This document shows, piece by piece, positions 1-11,318 of a stretch of 64,000 bases of DNA; within the stretch, counting starts at the first letter, position 1; each line of letters begins with the position of its first letter. A model generated the notes under the pieces. It was given only the letters and a program-made list of their open reading frames with translations, searched no databases and was not told the origin of the DNA. The position numbers and the translations under genes are program-made. The stretch comes from Macrostomum hystrix. Taxonomy: Eukaryota > Animalia > Platyhelminthes. The DNA lies in NCBI GenBank assembly GCA_950097015.1, contig CATNEN010000039.1, positions 4,464,001 to 4,528,000 on the forward strand, read 5' to 3'.

Positions 1-366
1 CTACTCGGCGACGGCGGCTGCGGGCACAGCGTCTGGCCGGAGTTTGACGACGCCTGCAATCAGAATCAGCAGCATTCCCAGATGCAGCACCTTCAGCTCC
101 AACATCGTCAGCAGCAGCATCAGCAGCAGCGCCTGGTTGGCATTCCGCTGCCCGCTGTGTCGCAGAGCGCAGCTGCTCGCGAAATCGACCAAAACATCGG
201 CGCGGTTGATCAGCTGCCGGAGCACCAGCAGGACGGGCAGGACCTGCTCTATCCGTACGAGATCGGCTGCCTGGGCCGCGACCTGCATGGCATTGAGAGC
301 ATCCTGGATGAGGGCCGGCTGACTAGCTACAATCAGCACCTGGAGTTTGACAAGCTGGACTGGTGA
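1..366 (+). CDS. 3' end (last exon, 5'-truncated by window edge) of an unidentified gene; Gln-rich region and acidic/hydrophobic C-terminus weakly reminiscent of a FoxO-type transactivation tail
   Basis: Frame 1 is open from base 1 to TGA at 364-366 with GC-rich codon usage (LLGDGGCGHSVWPEFDD...QQQ...GIESILDEGRLTSYNQHLEFDKLDW*), followed by AT-rich 3'UTR-like sequence. The FoxO resemblance is by eye only. Confidence 0.6.
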   Translation, partial: LLGDGGCGHSVWPEFDDACNQNQQHSQMQHLQLQHRQQQHQQQRLVGIPLPAVSQSAAAREIDQNIGAVDQLPEHQQDGQDLLYPYEIGCLGRDLHGIESILDEGRLTSYNQHLEFDKLDW

Positions 367-2192
367 CTTTGAGCTGAAAAGAATGATTGGCTCACCTGAC
401 CTGGTTCATCTGATGCCATAAAGTTACACGTGACAAGCACCCACTCGAGTGTCCCCATAACCATTGTTTTGTGTTTTGCCCACATTTTCCTGAAAGGCCT
501 CCTGTTTTACTATTGAGCAGTTAACTAGCCCGTGCTGCTGATTGTTAGTATATTCAATCTTTTTATAAACAACTGCAAAAGAGTTTAACAGACTTCTAAA
601 GATACTTCTATTGAGCATAGACAAATTCGCAATAATCTCTTCTGATAAAAATATGTTTCTGTCGTTAATTATAGTAGTACGTTCGTCTGCGCTGTTTAAC
701 AATTTTGCTAATAAATCATATTCATTAATATAACTACTGGACCTGAAGATTTGCTGTTTGAGTTATGAAATTCTGAATTGCGCTTTAATATTTAGAAAAT
801 TGCTAATAATATTCTACAGGTTGCTTTAATCGGCCTACAAATACAAATGTAGCACTTCTGTTTGTCTGAGAATGTTGAAAAAAAACCTCAAAACTAAGAA
901 GTAAATTTTTGTACATATTTGAAGTCATATTCTGCCGTGAATTAATATTGTTTAATTAGGTATATATTTACGTGAGTACAGTCATACAGTCATAGTGTTT
1001 GACCATATGAGTGACTGAATGTTAGTGGTCTCTGTAAGCACATCCGCCCTGTCATGTCATCAGACAGTGTCTGTATGTGCTTTTAGCCCAGGTCGGCTTG
1101 TCCTATAATAATTTAATACCGTCCCCAATTTCCTGTCCTCTCAACTGTTTAACTCCCACTGAGTCCAAGCTTTAAGGCACTCTGCGGCTGACAGAATTGA
1201 AATCCCAGAACCAAATCCCGAATCCCATTCTCAATATTGACACAACTCCGCTTTTGTCTCCGTTTACCAAGGCGCGAACTGGCTTCGCACTGAGGGCGGC
1301 TGCTTACCTGCCCTCATGCACCTCTTCTCCTGTCCCGTTGAGTCAGTATAGGCTCATGCACTCCGTATGAGTGTACTCAAGAGCAGCCCAGAGCACTCCC
1401 GGCTGCAGCATATGGAGTAGAGCTGAGTACAGTCTTTGCCTTTCTATTTGCTCTTCTTTTTCTAAACTCATCGTGCCATTTTTCTCTGGTGGGACTTTTA
1501 GGCAATGGGTAGCAAATTGTTGGGTAGGGAAAGCAAGGGCAGCTCAGATTTTCTCTCCCTCCCTGTATATCTCTGATCCCCGCCAAGCCAACCGTTGTTT
1601 GGTTGTCATGGGCGACAGCAGCGACTGGGGCGTTTACAACCTGTCCCTGCGCACGCGAGCTGGCGGGGACGACGGGGCGAAGAAGGGATTTGAGGAGCCG
1701 GGCTATGCGGGGAAGAAAACTAGGTTGGGTAATTGTCCCTACGCCCGTCTCTCCCTCTGAAGCCGGTTCTCTCGCCCGCAACTCCCCAGCCCATATATCG
1801 CCTGCTCCCTCAGAGCTCTTCCCAAGCTCCAAGCTAATTCCCTAAATTGCGATCTGGCCGAGAACCAAGTTCGGGTACGTGTCACCGAGATTATCCCACA
1901 TTACTGCCCCTTTGTTCCTATTTGTCATAGAATTTTTTAGATCACCTCTCCAAACCCGCTAGAAAAACTAAATTCAGAGGTGAGTTTAGCTGCTCGAGTT
2001 GCCTAAATGACACATCTCAATTGGTCTTGTTCGTTGTCTCACTATACTTCGAAGTATACAGAAATTAGAAGTTTTTCTTGTTCATTAAAATAAATATCGA
2101 AGAACAGAAGAATTACAAAAGTCCCTCTCTAACCCCTGAACTCAACTGCCAATAATGAGCACAGATCGAAGCTTCCGATTCGTATAAGCTAA

Positions 2193-2517
2193 GGGGTGAG
2201 TGGCAGAGCGCTCACCGCGTTTGCCTCTCGCACCAAGGTCCCTAAGTCCGATTTCGCGGCGAAGCCACATTCATTAAGGGCGCAGCCGTGGAGAGAAGGC
2301 ACGGTGAAAGTGCACACTGCCTGACGATGAGATAGTCAGGGCAGATGTACACCCCTGTGTGAGCGTGTGCCTGCGAGCGGTATCTGTGTGCGTGTGTGCT
2401 CAGGAGTCAGCGAAGTGGGCAGATTTGCCTCCTCGCTGGCTGCGGGTCTAAAGTCACCAAATGATGTGCCATTGCCCGCAGCCCTCCTGTAACTATTATT
2501 ATTATGATTATTATTAT
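2193..2517 (+). mobile_element. tRNA-derived SINE family 1, copy A
   Basis: Head GGGGTGAGTGGC... with a degenerate B box, a body shared with 12785-13083 and 52790-53135 (GCCACATTCATT, GTATCTGTGTGCGTGTGTGCTCAGGAGTCAGCGAA, CTCGCTGGCTGCGGGTCTA), and a (TTA)n-like tail. Confidence 0.8.
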
Positions 2518-2640
2518 TCCAATACACTAAAAGAAGCAATTAAACCAGACCTGTGACCATCCGGCACATTAGCATTAAAAAAATATTTAATGATGAACAA
2601 CCTGCACAAAAGCAGCAGTCACGTGTAGGCAGACTGCTAA

Positions 2641-3010
2641 ATGGATCAGAACAGAGTGCAGCCAATTAGCGAGCAGCAGCAACAGCAGCAGCAGCAGGAG
2701 CAGCAGATGGCCCACCATAACTTGCAGATGCAGCAGCAGCCACAGCAGGGCAACGGGGCCTACGTCAATCCCCAGATGCAGCATCAGCAGCCGCTGCCGC
2801 CGCCGCAGGGTGGCTACGCTGGGCCCTATGGCAATCCACAGCTGCAGCAGCAGCACATGATGATGCCGATGCAGCAGCAGCAGCCACAACAGCAGCGTCA
2901 GGAGCAGCCGTGGATGCAGCGGCCGACAGTGGCGAATTGTCCAGCCGGACTGGAATATCTGACCCAGCTGGACCAGGTGCTCATCAAGCAAAAGAAGGAA
3001 TTCTTCGAGA
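2641..3010 (+). CDS. PLSCR: Phospholipid scramblase (PLSCR family), exon 1
   Basis: Q/P/Y-rich N-terminus, then WMQRPTVANCPAGLEYLTQLDQVLIKQKKEFFE, typical of the PLSCR domain start; donor GA|GTGAGT at 3011, phase 1. Confidence 0.92.
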
Positions 3011-3089
3011 GTGAGTCACGTTAAAGCACCTTTAACTCATTCGCTTTGACGACTTTTTTATAACGGGCGGACTTTTTAGCATCTGGGCA

Positions 3090-4250
3090 ATCAATCTAAC
3101 AGGTAGGATCTCACTCTAGGATTCTACAATTAGTGAAAGGTGGGATTCCTCTCTGATGGACAGGTAGGATTTCTCTCTGATGGACAGGTAGGATTTCTCT
3201 CTGATTGACAGGTAGGATTCTTCTCTGATGGACAGGTAGGATTCTCTGATTGACAGTTAGGATTCCTCTCTGATTGACAGGTAGGATTCTCTGATTGACA
3301 GTTAGGATTCCTCTCTGATTGACAGGTAGGATTCTCTGATTGACAGTTAGGATTCCTCTCTGATTGACAGGTAGGATTCTCTGATTGACAATTAGGATTC
3401 CTCTCTGATTGACAGGTAGGATTCTCTGATTGACAGTTAGGATTCCTCTCTGATTGACAGGTAGGATTCTCTGATTGACAGGTAGGATTCTTCTCTGATG
3501 GACAGGTAGGATTCTCTGATTGACAGTTAGGATTCCTCTCTGATTGACAGGTAGGATTCTCTGATTGATAGTTAGGATTCCTCTCTGATTGACAGTTAGG
3601 ATTCCTCTCTGATTGACAGTTAGGATTCCTCTCTGATTGACAGGTAGGATTCTCTGATTGACAGGTAGGATTCTCTGATTGACAGTTAGGATTCCTCTCT
3701 GATTGACAGTTAGGATTCCTCTCTGATTGACAGTTAGGATTCCTCTCTGATTGACAGTTAGGATTCCTCTCTGATTGACAGTTAGGATTCCTCTCTGATT
3801 GACAGTTAGGATTCCTCTCTGATTGACAGTTAGGATTCCTCTCTGATTGACAGTTAGGATTCCTCTCTGATTGACAGTTAGGATTCCTCTCTGATTGACA
3901 GTTAGGATTCTCTCTGATTGACAGTTAGGATTCCTCTCTGATTGACAGGTAGGATTCTCTGATTAACAGGTAGGATTCTCTGATTGACAGGTAGGATTCT
4001 CTCTGATTGACAATTAGGATTCCTCTCTGATTGACAGTTGGGATTCCAATCTGATGGACAGGTAGGATTTCTCTCTGATGGACAGGTAGGATTTCTCTCT
4101 GATTGACAGGTAGGATTCCTCTCTGATGGACAGGTAGGATTCTCTGATGGACAGGTAGGATTTCTCTCTGATTGACAGGTAGGATTCTCTGATTCACAGG
4201 TAGAATTCTCTGATGGACAGGTAGATTTCTCTCTGATTGACAGGTAGGAT
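3090..4250. repeat. Minisatellite, mixed 21/24-bp units (CTCTCTGATTGACAG[G/T]TAGGATTC), scramblase intron 1
   Basis: Direct tandem periodicity. Confidence 0.95.
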
Positions 4251-4411
4251 ACCCATACATAAACATGTCAAACAGATATAGAAAAATTTAGGCATATACT
4301 CTTTCTGATGTAAAAAATCGAAATTGCTTGCTTGTGTCATTGCTTGTGTCCCTAATGTACTTTTAGATTCCAAAAAAGTTCACAAATGCATATTTAACTG
4401 TTAAATTGCAG

Positions 4412-4489
4412 TGATGTCTGGCTTCGAGATGCAGAATAAGTACGTGGTGCAGAACTCGCTCGGACAGCGAGTCTACTTTGCCAAGGAGT
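4412..4489 (+). CDS. PLSCR: Phospholipid scramblase, exon 2
   Basis: Acceptor TTGCAG at 4411; encodes (M)MSGFEMQNKYVVQNSLGQRVYFAKE, matching the PLSCR GFE.xNKY..N..GQ.VYFA.E motif; donor GTGAGT at 4490; phases 1/1. Missing from the ORF track. Confidence 0.92.
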
Positions 4490-4647
4490 GTGAGTTCAGA
4501 TGGGGCATTGTGGCTTTCAATTGTTATCTGTCTCAAACAAATGGTTTTCTGCATCTTAGATCCATTCGCATATAATATACCAACTGTATTCAGTGGCTTT
4601 TCACAAGCTAAAACACTTTAACAGCAAAATTTTAATTGTATCAATAA

Positions 4648-4755
4648 AAATCCCTCATAATCATTAGAAATCCCTCATTATCATTAGAAATCCCTCATTA
4701 TCATTAGAAATCCCTCATTATCATTAGAAATCCCTTAGAATCATTAGAAATCCCT
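4648..4755. repeat. 20-bp tandem repeat (AAATCCCTCATTATCATTAG), ~5 copies, scramblase intron 2
   Basis: Direct periodicity. Confidence 0.9.
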
Positions 4756-4779
4756 TTTTGTATCTTTAAAAATAGTTAA

Positions 4780-5135
4780 AATCCGAATGACAGAAATCCC
4801 AATGATAGTAACCCCAATGATAGAAATCCCAATGACAGAAATCCCGATGATAGTAACCCCAATGATAGAAATCCCAATGATATAAATCCCGATGATAGAA
4901 ATCCCAATGATATAAATCCCGATGATAGTAACCCCAATGATAGAAATCCCAATGATAGAAATCCCAATGACAGAAATCCCAATGATAGAAATCCCAATGA
5001 TAGAAATCCCAATGATAGAAATCCCAATGATAGAAATCCCAATGATAGAAATCCCAATGATAGAAATCCCAATGATAGAAATCCCAATGATAGAAATCCC
5101 AATGATAGAAATCCCAATGATAGAAATCCCAATCC
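4780..5135. repeat. 15-bp minisatellite (AATGATAGAAATCCC), scramblase intron 2
   Basis: Direct periodicity; explains the WDFYH/MIEIP pseudo-ORFs. Confidence 0.95.
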
Positions 5136-5201
5136 CAAGATAGAACTCTCGAAGAAAAAATCAATCAGAAATCTCGAAAATGCTCGCATCCAATCCTGCA
5201 G

Positions 5202-5527
5202 CCTCCGACACCTGCGTCCGTCAATGCTGCGGACCCCAGCGTCCGTTCGAGTTGGCCATCGAGGACAACTTCGGTCAAGAGGTGATCCACGTCAGCCGGC
5301 CCTACAAGTGCATGTGCTACCACCAGGTTTGCTCCTGCTTGAAGTGCTGCTTCGATGAGGTGACTGTGGAGGCGCCGCCTGGCAACAGAGTCGGCAAGGT
5401 GGTGCAGGTCTACGGCTCTTGCCAGGCGATGTACCACATCTGTGACGAGAGCGAAAACACCGTCCTGATCATCGACGGGCCCTCCTACATGAAATGCTAC
5501 TGTCCGGGCGACGATATCCCGTTCAGG
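5202..5527 (+). CDS. PLSCR: Phospholipid scramblase, exon 3
   Basis: Acceptor CTGCAG at 5201; encodes SDTCVRQCCGPQRPF...RPYKCMCYHQVCSCLKCCF (Cys-rich palmitoylation-type motif)...EAPPGNRVGKVVQ...DIPFR; donor GG|GTGAGA at 5528. Confidence 0.93.
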
Positions 5528-5542
5528 GTGAGATAGTGCGGG

Positions 5543-7152
5543 GAATTCTTCCCACTCACTTCCCGACTGTGTTTGTGAATTCTTCCCACTCACTTCCCGA
5601 CTGTGTTTGAGAATTCTTCCCACTCACTTCCCGACTGTGTTTGAGAATTCTTCCCACTCACTTCCCGACTGTGTTTGAGAATTCTTCCCACTCACTTCCC
5701 GACTGTGTTTGTGAATTCTTCCCACTCACTTCCTAACTGTGTTTGAGAATTCTTCCCACTCACTTCCTAACTGTGTTTGAGAATTCTTCCCACTCACTTC
5801 CCGACTGTGTTTGTGAATTCTTCCCACTCACTTCCCGACTGTGTTTGAGAATTCTTCCCACTCACTTCCTAACTGTGTTTGTGAATTCTTCCCACTCACT
5901 TCCCGACTGTGTTTGAGAATTCTTCCCACTCACTTCCCGACTGTGTTTGAGAATTCTTCCCACTCACTTCCTAACTGTGTTTGTGAATTCTTCCCACTCA
6001 CTTCCTAACTGTGTTTGTGAATTCTTCCCACTCACTTCCTAACTGTGTTTGAGAATTCTTCCCACTCACTTCCTAACTGTGTTTGTGAATTCTTCCCACT
6101 CACTTCCTAACTGTGTTTGAGAATTCTTCCCACTCACTTCCTAACTGTGTTTGAGAATTCTTCCCACTCACTTCCTAACTGTGTTTGAGAATTCTTCCCA
6201 CTCACTTCCTAACTGTGTTTGCGAATTCTTCCCACTCACTTCCCGACTGTGTTTGCGAATTCTTCCCACTCACTTCCCGACTGTGTTTGCGAATTCTTCC
6301 CACTCACTTCCCGACTGTGTTTGCAAATTCTTCCCACTCACTTCCCGACTGTGTTTGTGAATTCTTCCCACTCACTTCCTAACTGTGTTTGAGAATTCTT
6401 CCCACTCACTTCCTAACTGTGTTTGAGAATTCTTCCCACTCACTTCCCGACTGTGTTTGCGAATTCTTCCCACTCACTTCCCGACTGTGTTTGCGAATTC
6501 TTCCCACTAACTTCCCGACTGTGTTTGCGAATTCTTCCCACTCACTTCCCGACTGTGTTTGCGAATTCTTCCCACTCACTTCCCGACTGTGTTTGTGAAT
6601 TCTTCCCACTCACTTCCTAACTGTGTTTGAGAATTCTTCCCACTCACTTCCTAACTGTGTTTGCGAATTCTTCCCACTCACTTCCCGACTGTGTTTGAGA
6701 ATTCTTCCCACTCACTTCCCGACTGTGTTTGAGAATTCTTCCCACTCACTTCCTAACTGTGTTTGAGAATTCTTCCCACTCACTTCCTAACTGTGTTTGC
6801 GAATTCTTCCCACTAACTTCCCGACTGTGTTTGCGAATTCTTCCCACTCACTTCCCGACTGTGTTTGCGAATTCTTCCCACTCACTTCCCGACTGTGTTT
6901 GCGAATTCTTCCCACTCACTTCCCGACTGTGTTTGTGAATTCTTCCCACTCACTTCCTAACTGTGTTTGAGAATTCTTCCCACTCACTTCCTAACTGTGT
7001 TTGAGAATTCTTCCCACTCACTTCCCGACTGTGTTTGCGAATTCTTCCCACTCACTTCCCGACTGTGTTTGCGAATTCTTCCCACTCACTTCCCGACTGT
7101 GTTTTTGAATTCTTCCCACTCACTTCCCGACTGTGTTTGTGAATTCTTCCCA
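5543..7152. repeat. 34-bp minisatellite (GAATTCTTCCCACTCACTTCCCGACTGTGTTTG[A/T/C]), ~47 copies, scramblase intron 3
   Basis: Direct periodicity; starts 15 nt after the splice donor. Confidence 0.97.
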
Positions 7153-7277
7153 CAAAATTATTATCCGAAATTTAGCTCCTGCTTAGAAAATTTTAGCCAA
7201 CATTTGTCGAATTCCCACGCCCACTTGATGGTTCTGCTATGATATCCCAATAAATTCATTGATTCGATCGCTTTCAG

Positions 7278-7439
7278 CTGATGTCGAAGGATGGCGGCAA
7301 CGAGATAGGTCGAGTGTCCAAGCAGTGGAGTAACCTGCTGCAAGAGTACTTCACAGACGCCGACAACTTCGGCATCACGTTTCCGCGCGACCTCGACGTC
7401 AAGGTCAAGGCGGTGATTCTCGGCGCCTGCTTTCTGATT
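7278..7439 (+). CDS. PLSCR: Phospholipid scramblase, exon 4
   Basis: Acceptor TTTCAG at 7277; encodes [54 protein letters not shown] (Ca-binding-like DADNFGI.FP.DLD motif and the C-terminal helix); donor GTGAGT at 7440. Confidence 0.95.
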
Positions 7440-7633
7440 GTGAGTTCTGTAATTCAGGTCGAGGTTATTTATTTCTAGGAAAATTACAGAGTAATCATAT
7501 TATTGGGATATATTATGTTTGTTTATTAAGAATGCCGCTGTCATGTAGATTTTTTGCACTTTTATTACTTGATTGGAAGTTTTACATTAAGAATTAATGT
7601 AACATAACATAAGGAATTTTCTTTCAATTCAAG

Positions 7634-7675
7634 GACTTCATGTTCTTCGAAAGCCAAGGTCGGCAGCACCATTAA
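7634..7675 (+). CDS. PLSCR: Phospholipid scramblase, exon 5 (terminal)
   Basis: Acceptor TTCAAG at 7633; encodes DFMFFESQGRQHH*, completing the conserved LI-DFMFFE ending. AATAAA at ~8039. Confidence 0.9.
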   Translation, partial: DFMFFESQGRQHH

Positions 7676-9439
7676 ACAGACTTCGGGACTAGAGGATGAA
7701 GAAACTGGCCAAAGTTTATCTTGGATTTTATCACACAAGGACAAATGCACTAGCAACTAAAAATATTGACAGCGACCTAAAAACAATGAGCTATTAGTTT
7801 GCCTCAAAGAAACTCGGCAACTCAATGAGACGCCAGGAACATAGCCTTATGAAAAGACTCTTCGAAAATTGGTAGTGGTAATTAGATGTCTCAGCTCCAT
7901 AGCAGGAATTTTTACCTATTATTCCAAGTAATGTACATCAGCGTATTAAAACCACGGTCACGAAACCTGCGTGTTCCCCTTAAATGACAGTGTGTCCATT
8001 AGCGAGAAATTATATTGTCTTATCTGCAAGCTTTAACAAATAAAAGGTTGCGTTTAAAAAGTACAGAAACTATACTTTTGACAAAATAAAATCTGAATAA
8101 TTAATCAGCTAGCTTGTATTGAACAAAAAATTAGTTCGATATATAACAAATTAATATAATGCTAAATAATACAAATCCGTACTAGAGCATCTATCCTTAA
8201 TTACTTTGTAGATAATGTAAAAAAGTATATTTTTTTCGTGGCTACAAGCAATAATTTTTTCCTTTTTACTCAAAATTTAGCATATATAGTAGTGAACATC
8301 GCGTGCCACCTCGTGTAAACTCTATATTTATATTAATGGCTATAATTCATTTATGCGGATTGCTTCTATTTTTTCGTTGTCATAAGTTAACTTAAAAACG
8401 TACCTTTTATTTTAAAAAAAATTACATCCATAACTAAACTGATAGCTCACATAATACTTCTATGCTACAGATAGATGTAATTGAACGAAAACACAAACGT
8501 TAAAATGTTTAATGGATGTTATGCTTTAATTAATTATAACAATTATTTTTTGGAACGAAATTTGAAATGGAAGTTATTGTGTTTCTCATTTGCAATTCCA
8601 TTGCAGTTTTAATCCGACTAATTGTTACCGAACGTAATGCATCTCGATCCGCAATCTGCATGCTGTTACCGTTTTTCGGATTCGTTTTATTCTTCTTCTA
8701 CTTGCATAAAGTTTCTATTACACTTAATTGAACGAACTGTTACCTATATTTTTTATTGACATTAAAACCATGAAAACATAAAGTTATAAGTTTATTATCA
8801 TTGTTTTGCTGAAATATATAGATGAATCTTACTACAAAAAATAGAAATATTATTTCAGATTTGATCCATATGTCTATAATAGCAAACTAACAAAAACCAT
8901 CGCACAGCGGTTCGGCAATTTATGGGTAGCCAAGTATTCTTTAAAGTGCAACTTTCACTTTACATTTTCGATCTTCCTAAAGCCGTAAGTGAACAGTGAA
9001 TACGCTAGAATTGTTGCATACATGTACGCTTGTCAGAGTTCTATCACTCTCTCCGCACCACTTCATTCCGCATTTATACCTCTCTATACCTGATACTGAC
9101 TGGCTCTCTCATTAACCAGCCACACAGCCTCCTGTGTGTCTATAGGTCGGCGCATAAAAAAATTTACAACGCGGAAATTCTACAATTCTACACGTGCATA
9201 AATGCGCGTTCACTGGGCTGAAACTTCGTGCCAGACAGAAGAAGCGGAGGCTTAGCACTGAACCTGGGCGCCTCAGTCCACACACAAGATCGCGCATGGT
9301 ACCTGACAAGCCGACTGTGTCTCTGCCGCTGCTGCAACTTTCTGGAAGACCAAAGTCCGAAGACTTAAAGTATAACAAATACGAGTAGATAAATAAAAAA
9401 TACGCATTACACGAGTGTAGCTCTGATTTGCTGCTAGGC

Positions 9440-9583
9440 ATGTCCAGGCGAGTGTTTAGCCAATTAACACGGTCTGCCGCTGTCTGCTGCTTGCTAACAA
9501 CCGCAGCAGCTGCCGCCGCCGCCGCCACCGCCACTGCGGCCGCCGCCGCCGCGGCTGCTGCAGGCGCTGCAGGAGCTACTGAG
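9440..9583 (+). CDS. Argos/giant-lens-like secreted protein, putative exon 1 (signal-peptide-like segment and poly-Ala)
   Basis: ATG at 9440, MSRRVFSQLTRSAAVCCLLTTAAAA...GATE; donor GAG|GTGAGA at 9584 is phase 0, compatible with the next exon. Confidence 0.55.
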
Positions 9584-9770
9584 GTGAGACACAATTGCTG
9601 TACAGGTAGGGTGGGAGGCAATTTCTCTCGGAGATGTTCCTCTCAAGTTCTGCCTAATTCCAAGATAACGAAGACATGATCAGTTTCGGATCAGGATGAA
9701 GCTCAGGGGCACGTTTTCAAATCTTATGAGGATTCCAGATCGTCATTTCTTTGGATCCAGGCACTTATAA

Positions 9771-10087
9771 CAATTATTATGATTGATTACACCTGCCCCG
9801 ATCGGGTCAGAAGTGCAGCCGACAGCACAGCTACAGATATTGCGCGGCGCATCTGAAGGCTGCCTACGGCTGTTAAGTCCATGGACTGGGGGAATGCCAC
9901 ACCCACCCAGAGTTACCTCAGCCAATGCTGGTACCCATTGAACAGCTGGGTGAACTTAATAAATGCAGAGTTAAGTGTCATGCAGCAGCATGCTGAAGGA
10001 CGCAAACGCGAATCGTTCTGGAGGGGTCAAGAATCGAACCCCCGACATTGAAGTCGTGAGTCCGACGCTCTAACCACTATCTACCGA
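9771..10087 (-). mobile_element. tRNA-derived, CORE-like SINE family 2 in Argos-like intron 1
   Basis: Minus strand reads TAGTGGTTAGAGC (A box)...GGGTTCGATTC (B box), then GACACTTAACTCTGC...CACCCAGCTGTTCAATGGGTACC (CORE-like by eye), then an AT-rich tail. Confidence 0.7.
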
Positions 10088-10200
10088 TTAAAAGGGGATT
10101 TGGAATATTTGAAATATTAGATTTTGTGTTAAATCAAGTTGCTTAGAATTAGACAACGGTATTACGAAGCCCTCTCGTTGATTGCCGACTGCCGCCCTAG

Positions 10201-10396
10201 CAGCCGGGCCGCCTGCAGTGTCCCTGCGCCTACCTGGAGCGCGGTGGATTCTGGGACTCGCCGACAGCCGCCAGCCTGGGTGTCTCCGACCGAGTCTACA
10301 GAGAGCGCCGTTGCAGCTGCCGGCACGAGGCCAACTGCGACTGGAGCTGGCGCGACACGGACAAGTCACTGACAATGGCCTGGCTGGGATCCCACG
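10201..10396 (+). CDS. Argos-like protein, exon 2 (domain 1)
   Basis: NAGNAG acceptor (TAG|CAG| at 10200/10203); encodes [20 protein letters not shown]...[34 protein letters not shown]; donor G|GTGGGC at 10397, phase 1. Confidence 0.75.
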
Positions 10397-10411
10397 GTGG
10401 GCCCGATGTCC

Positions 10412-10950
<539 letters not shown>

Positions 10951-10978
10951 ATATCAAATCCGCCATATCATCACGCAG

Positions 10979-11232
10979 ACATCGGAGACAGTGAAATCCA
11001 GCTGCAGTTCTGCGCCCCGGTCCAACTGCCGGGAGCTCCGCTTTGCCTTGACAACGACAGCGTTGCCTTCACCCTGCGGCAGTCGGGCTGGTGGATCGAC
11101 CTGCACGAGACGCGGTGCCGATGCGGCCCAGGCGGTAGCCCGGCGAACATCCGAGGCTTCCGCTATTCGCGACCGCTGCCGCAGGGAGAGCGGCTGCACG
11201 ACCAGACTGTGGAGTTCGCCTGCGGCAGAATG
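10979..11232 (+). CDS. Argos-like protein, exon 3 (end of domain 1 and domain 2)
   Basis: Acceptor ACGCAG at 10978 (G|AC = Asp); encodes IGDSEIQLQFCAPVQLPGAPLCLDNDSVAFTLRQSGWWIDLHETRCRCGPGG...TVEFACGRM; donor ATG|GTGAGA at 11233. Confidence 0.82.
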
Positions 11233-11318
11233 GTGAGAGAGTCAAAACATCTTCTGAGGAGGACCAGAAAAACACCATCTCAGTCCGTCAGGTGCGAAAT
11301 CCAGTTGCATAAAGAAAG

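Noticed and set aside
1371-1900. GC-richer block with overlapping ORFs on both strands
   Set aside because: No recognisable domain, splice pattern or terminal repeats; it may be a TE remnant but I cannot support a call.
5543-7152. CRISPR-like appearance of 30-46-bp repeats (also 11319, 13335, 61398)
   Set aside because: Units are head-to-tail with no unique spacers, there are no cas genes, and the context is eukaryotic.
10020-10087. Possible tRNA genes (also 32780-32845 and 53180-53245)
   Set aside because: A/B boxes are present but I could not fold a complete cloverleaf; two of them continue into SINE body sequence, so they are treated as SINE heads.
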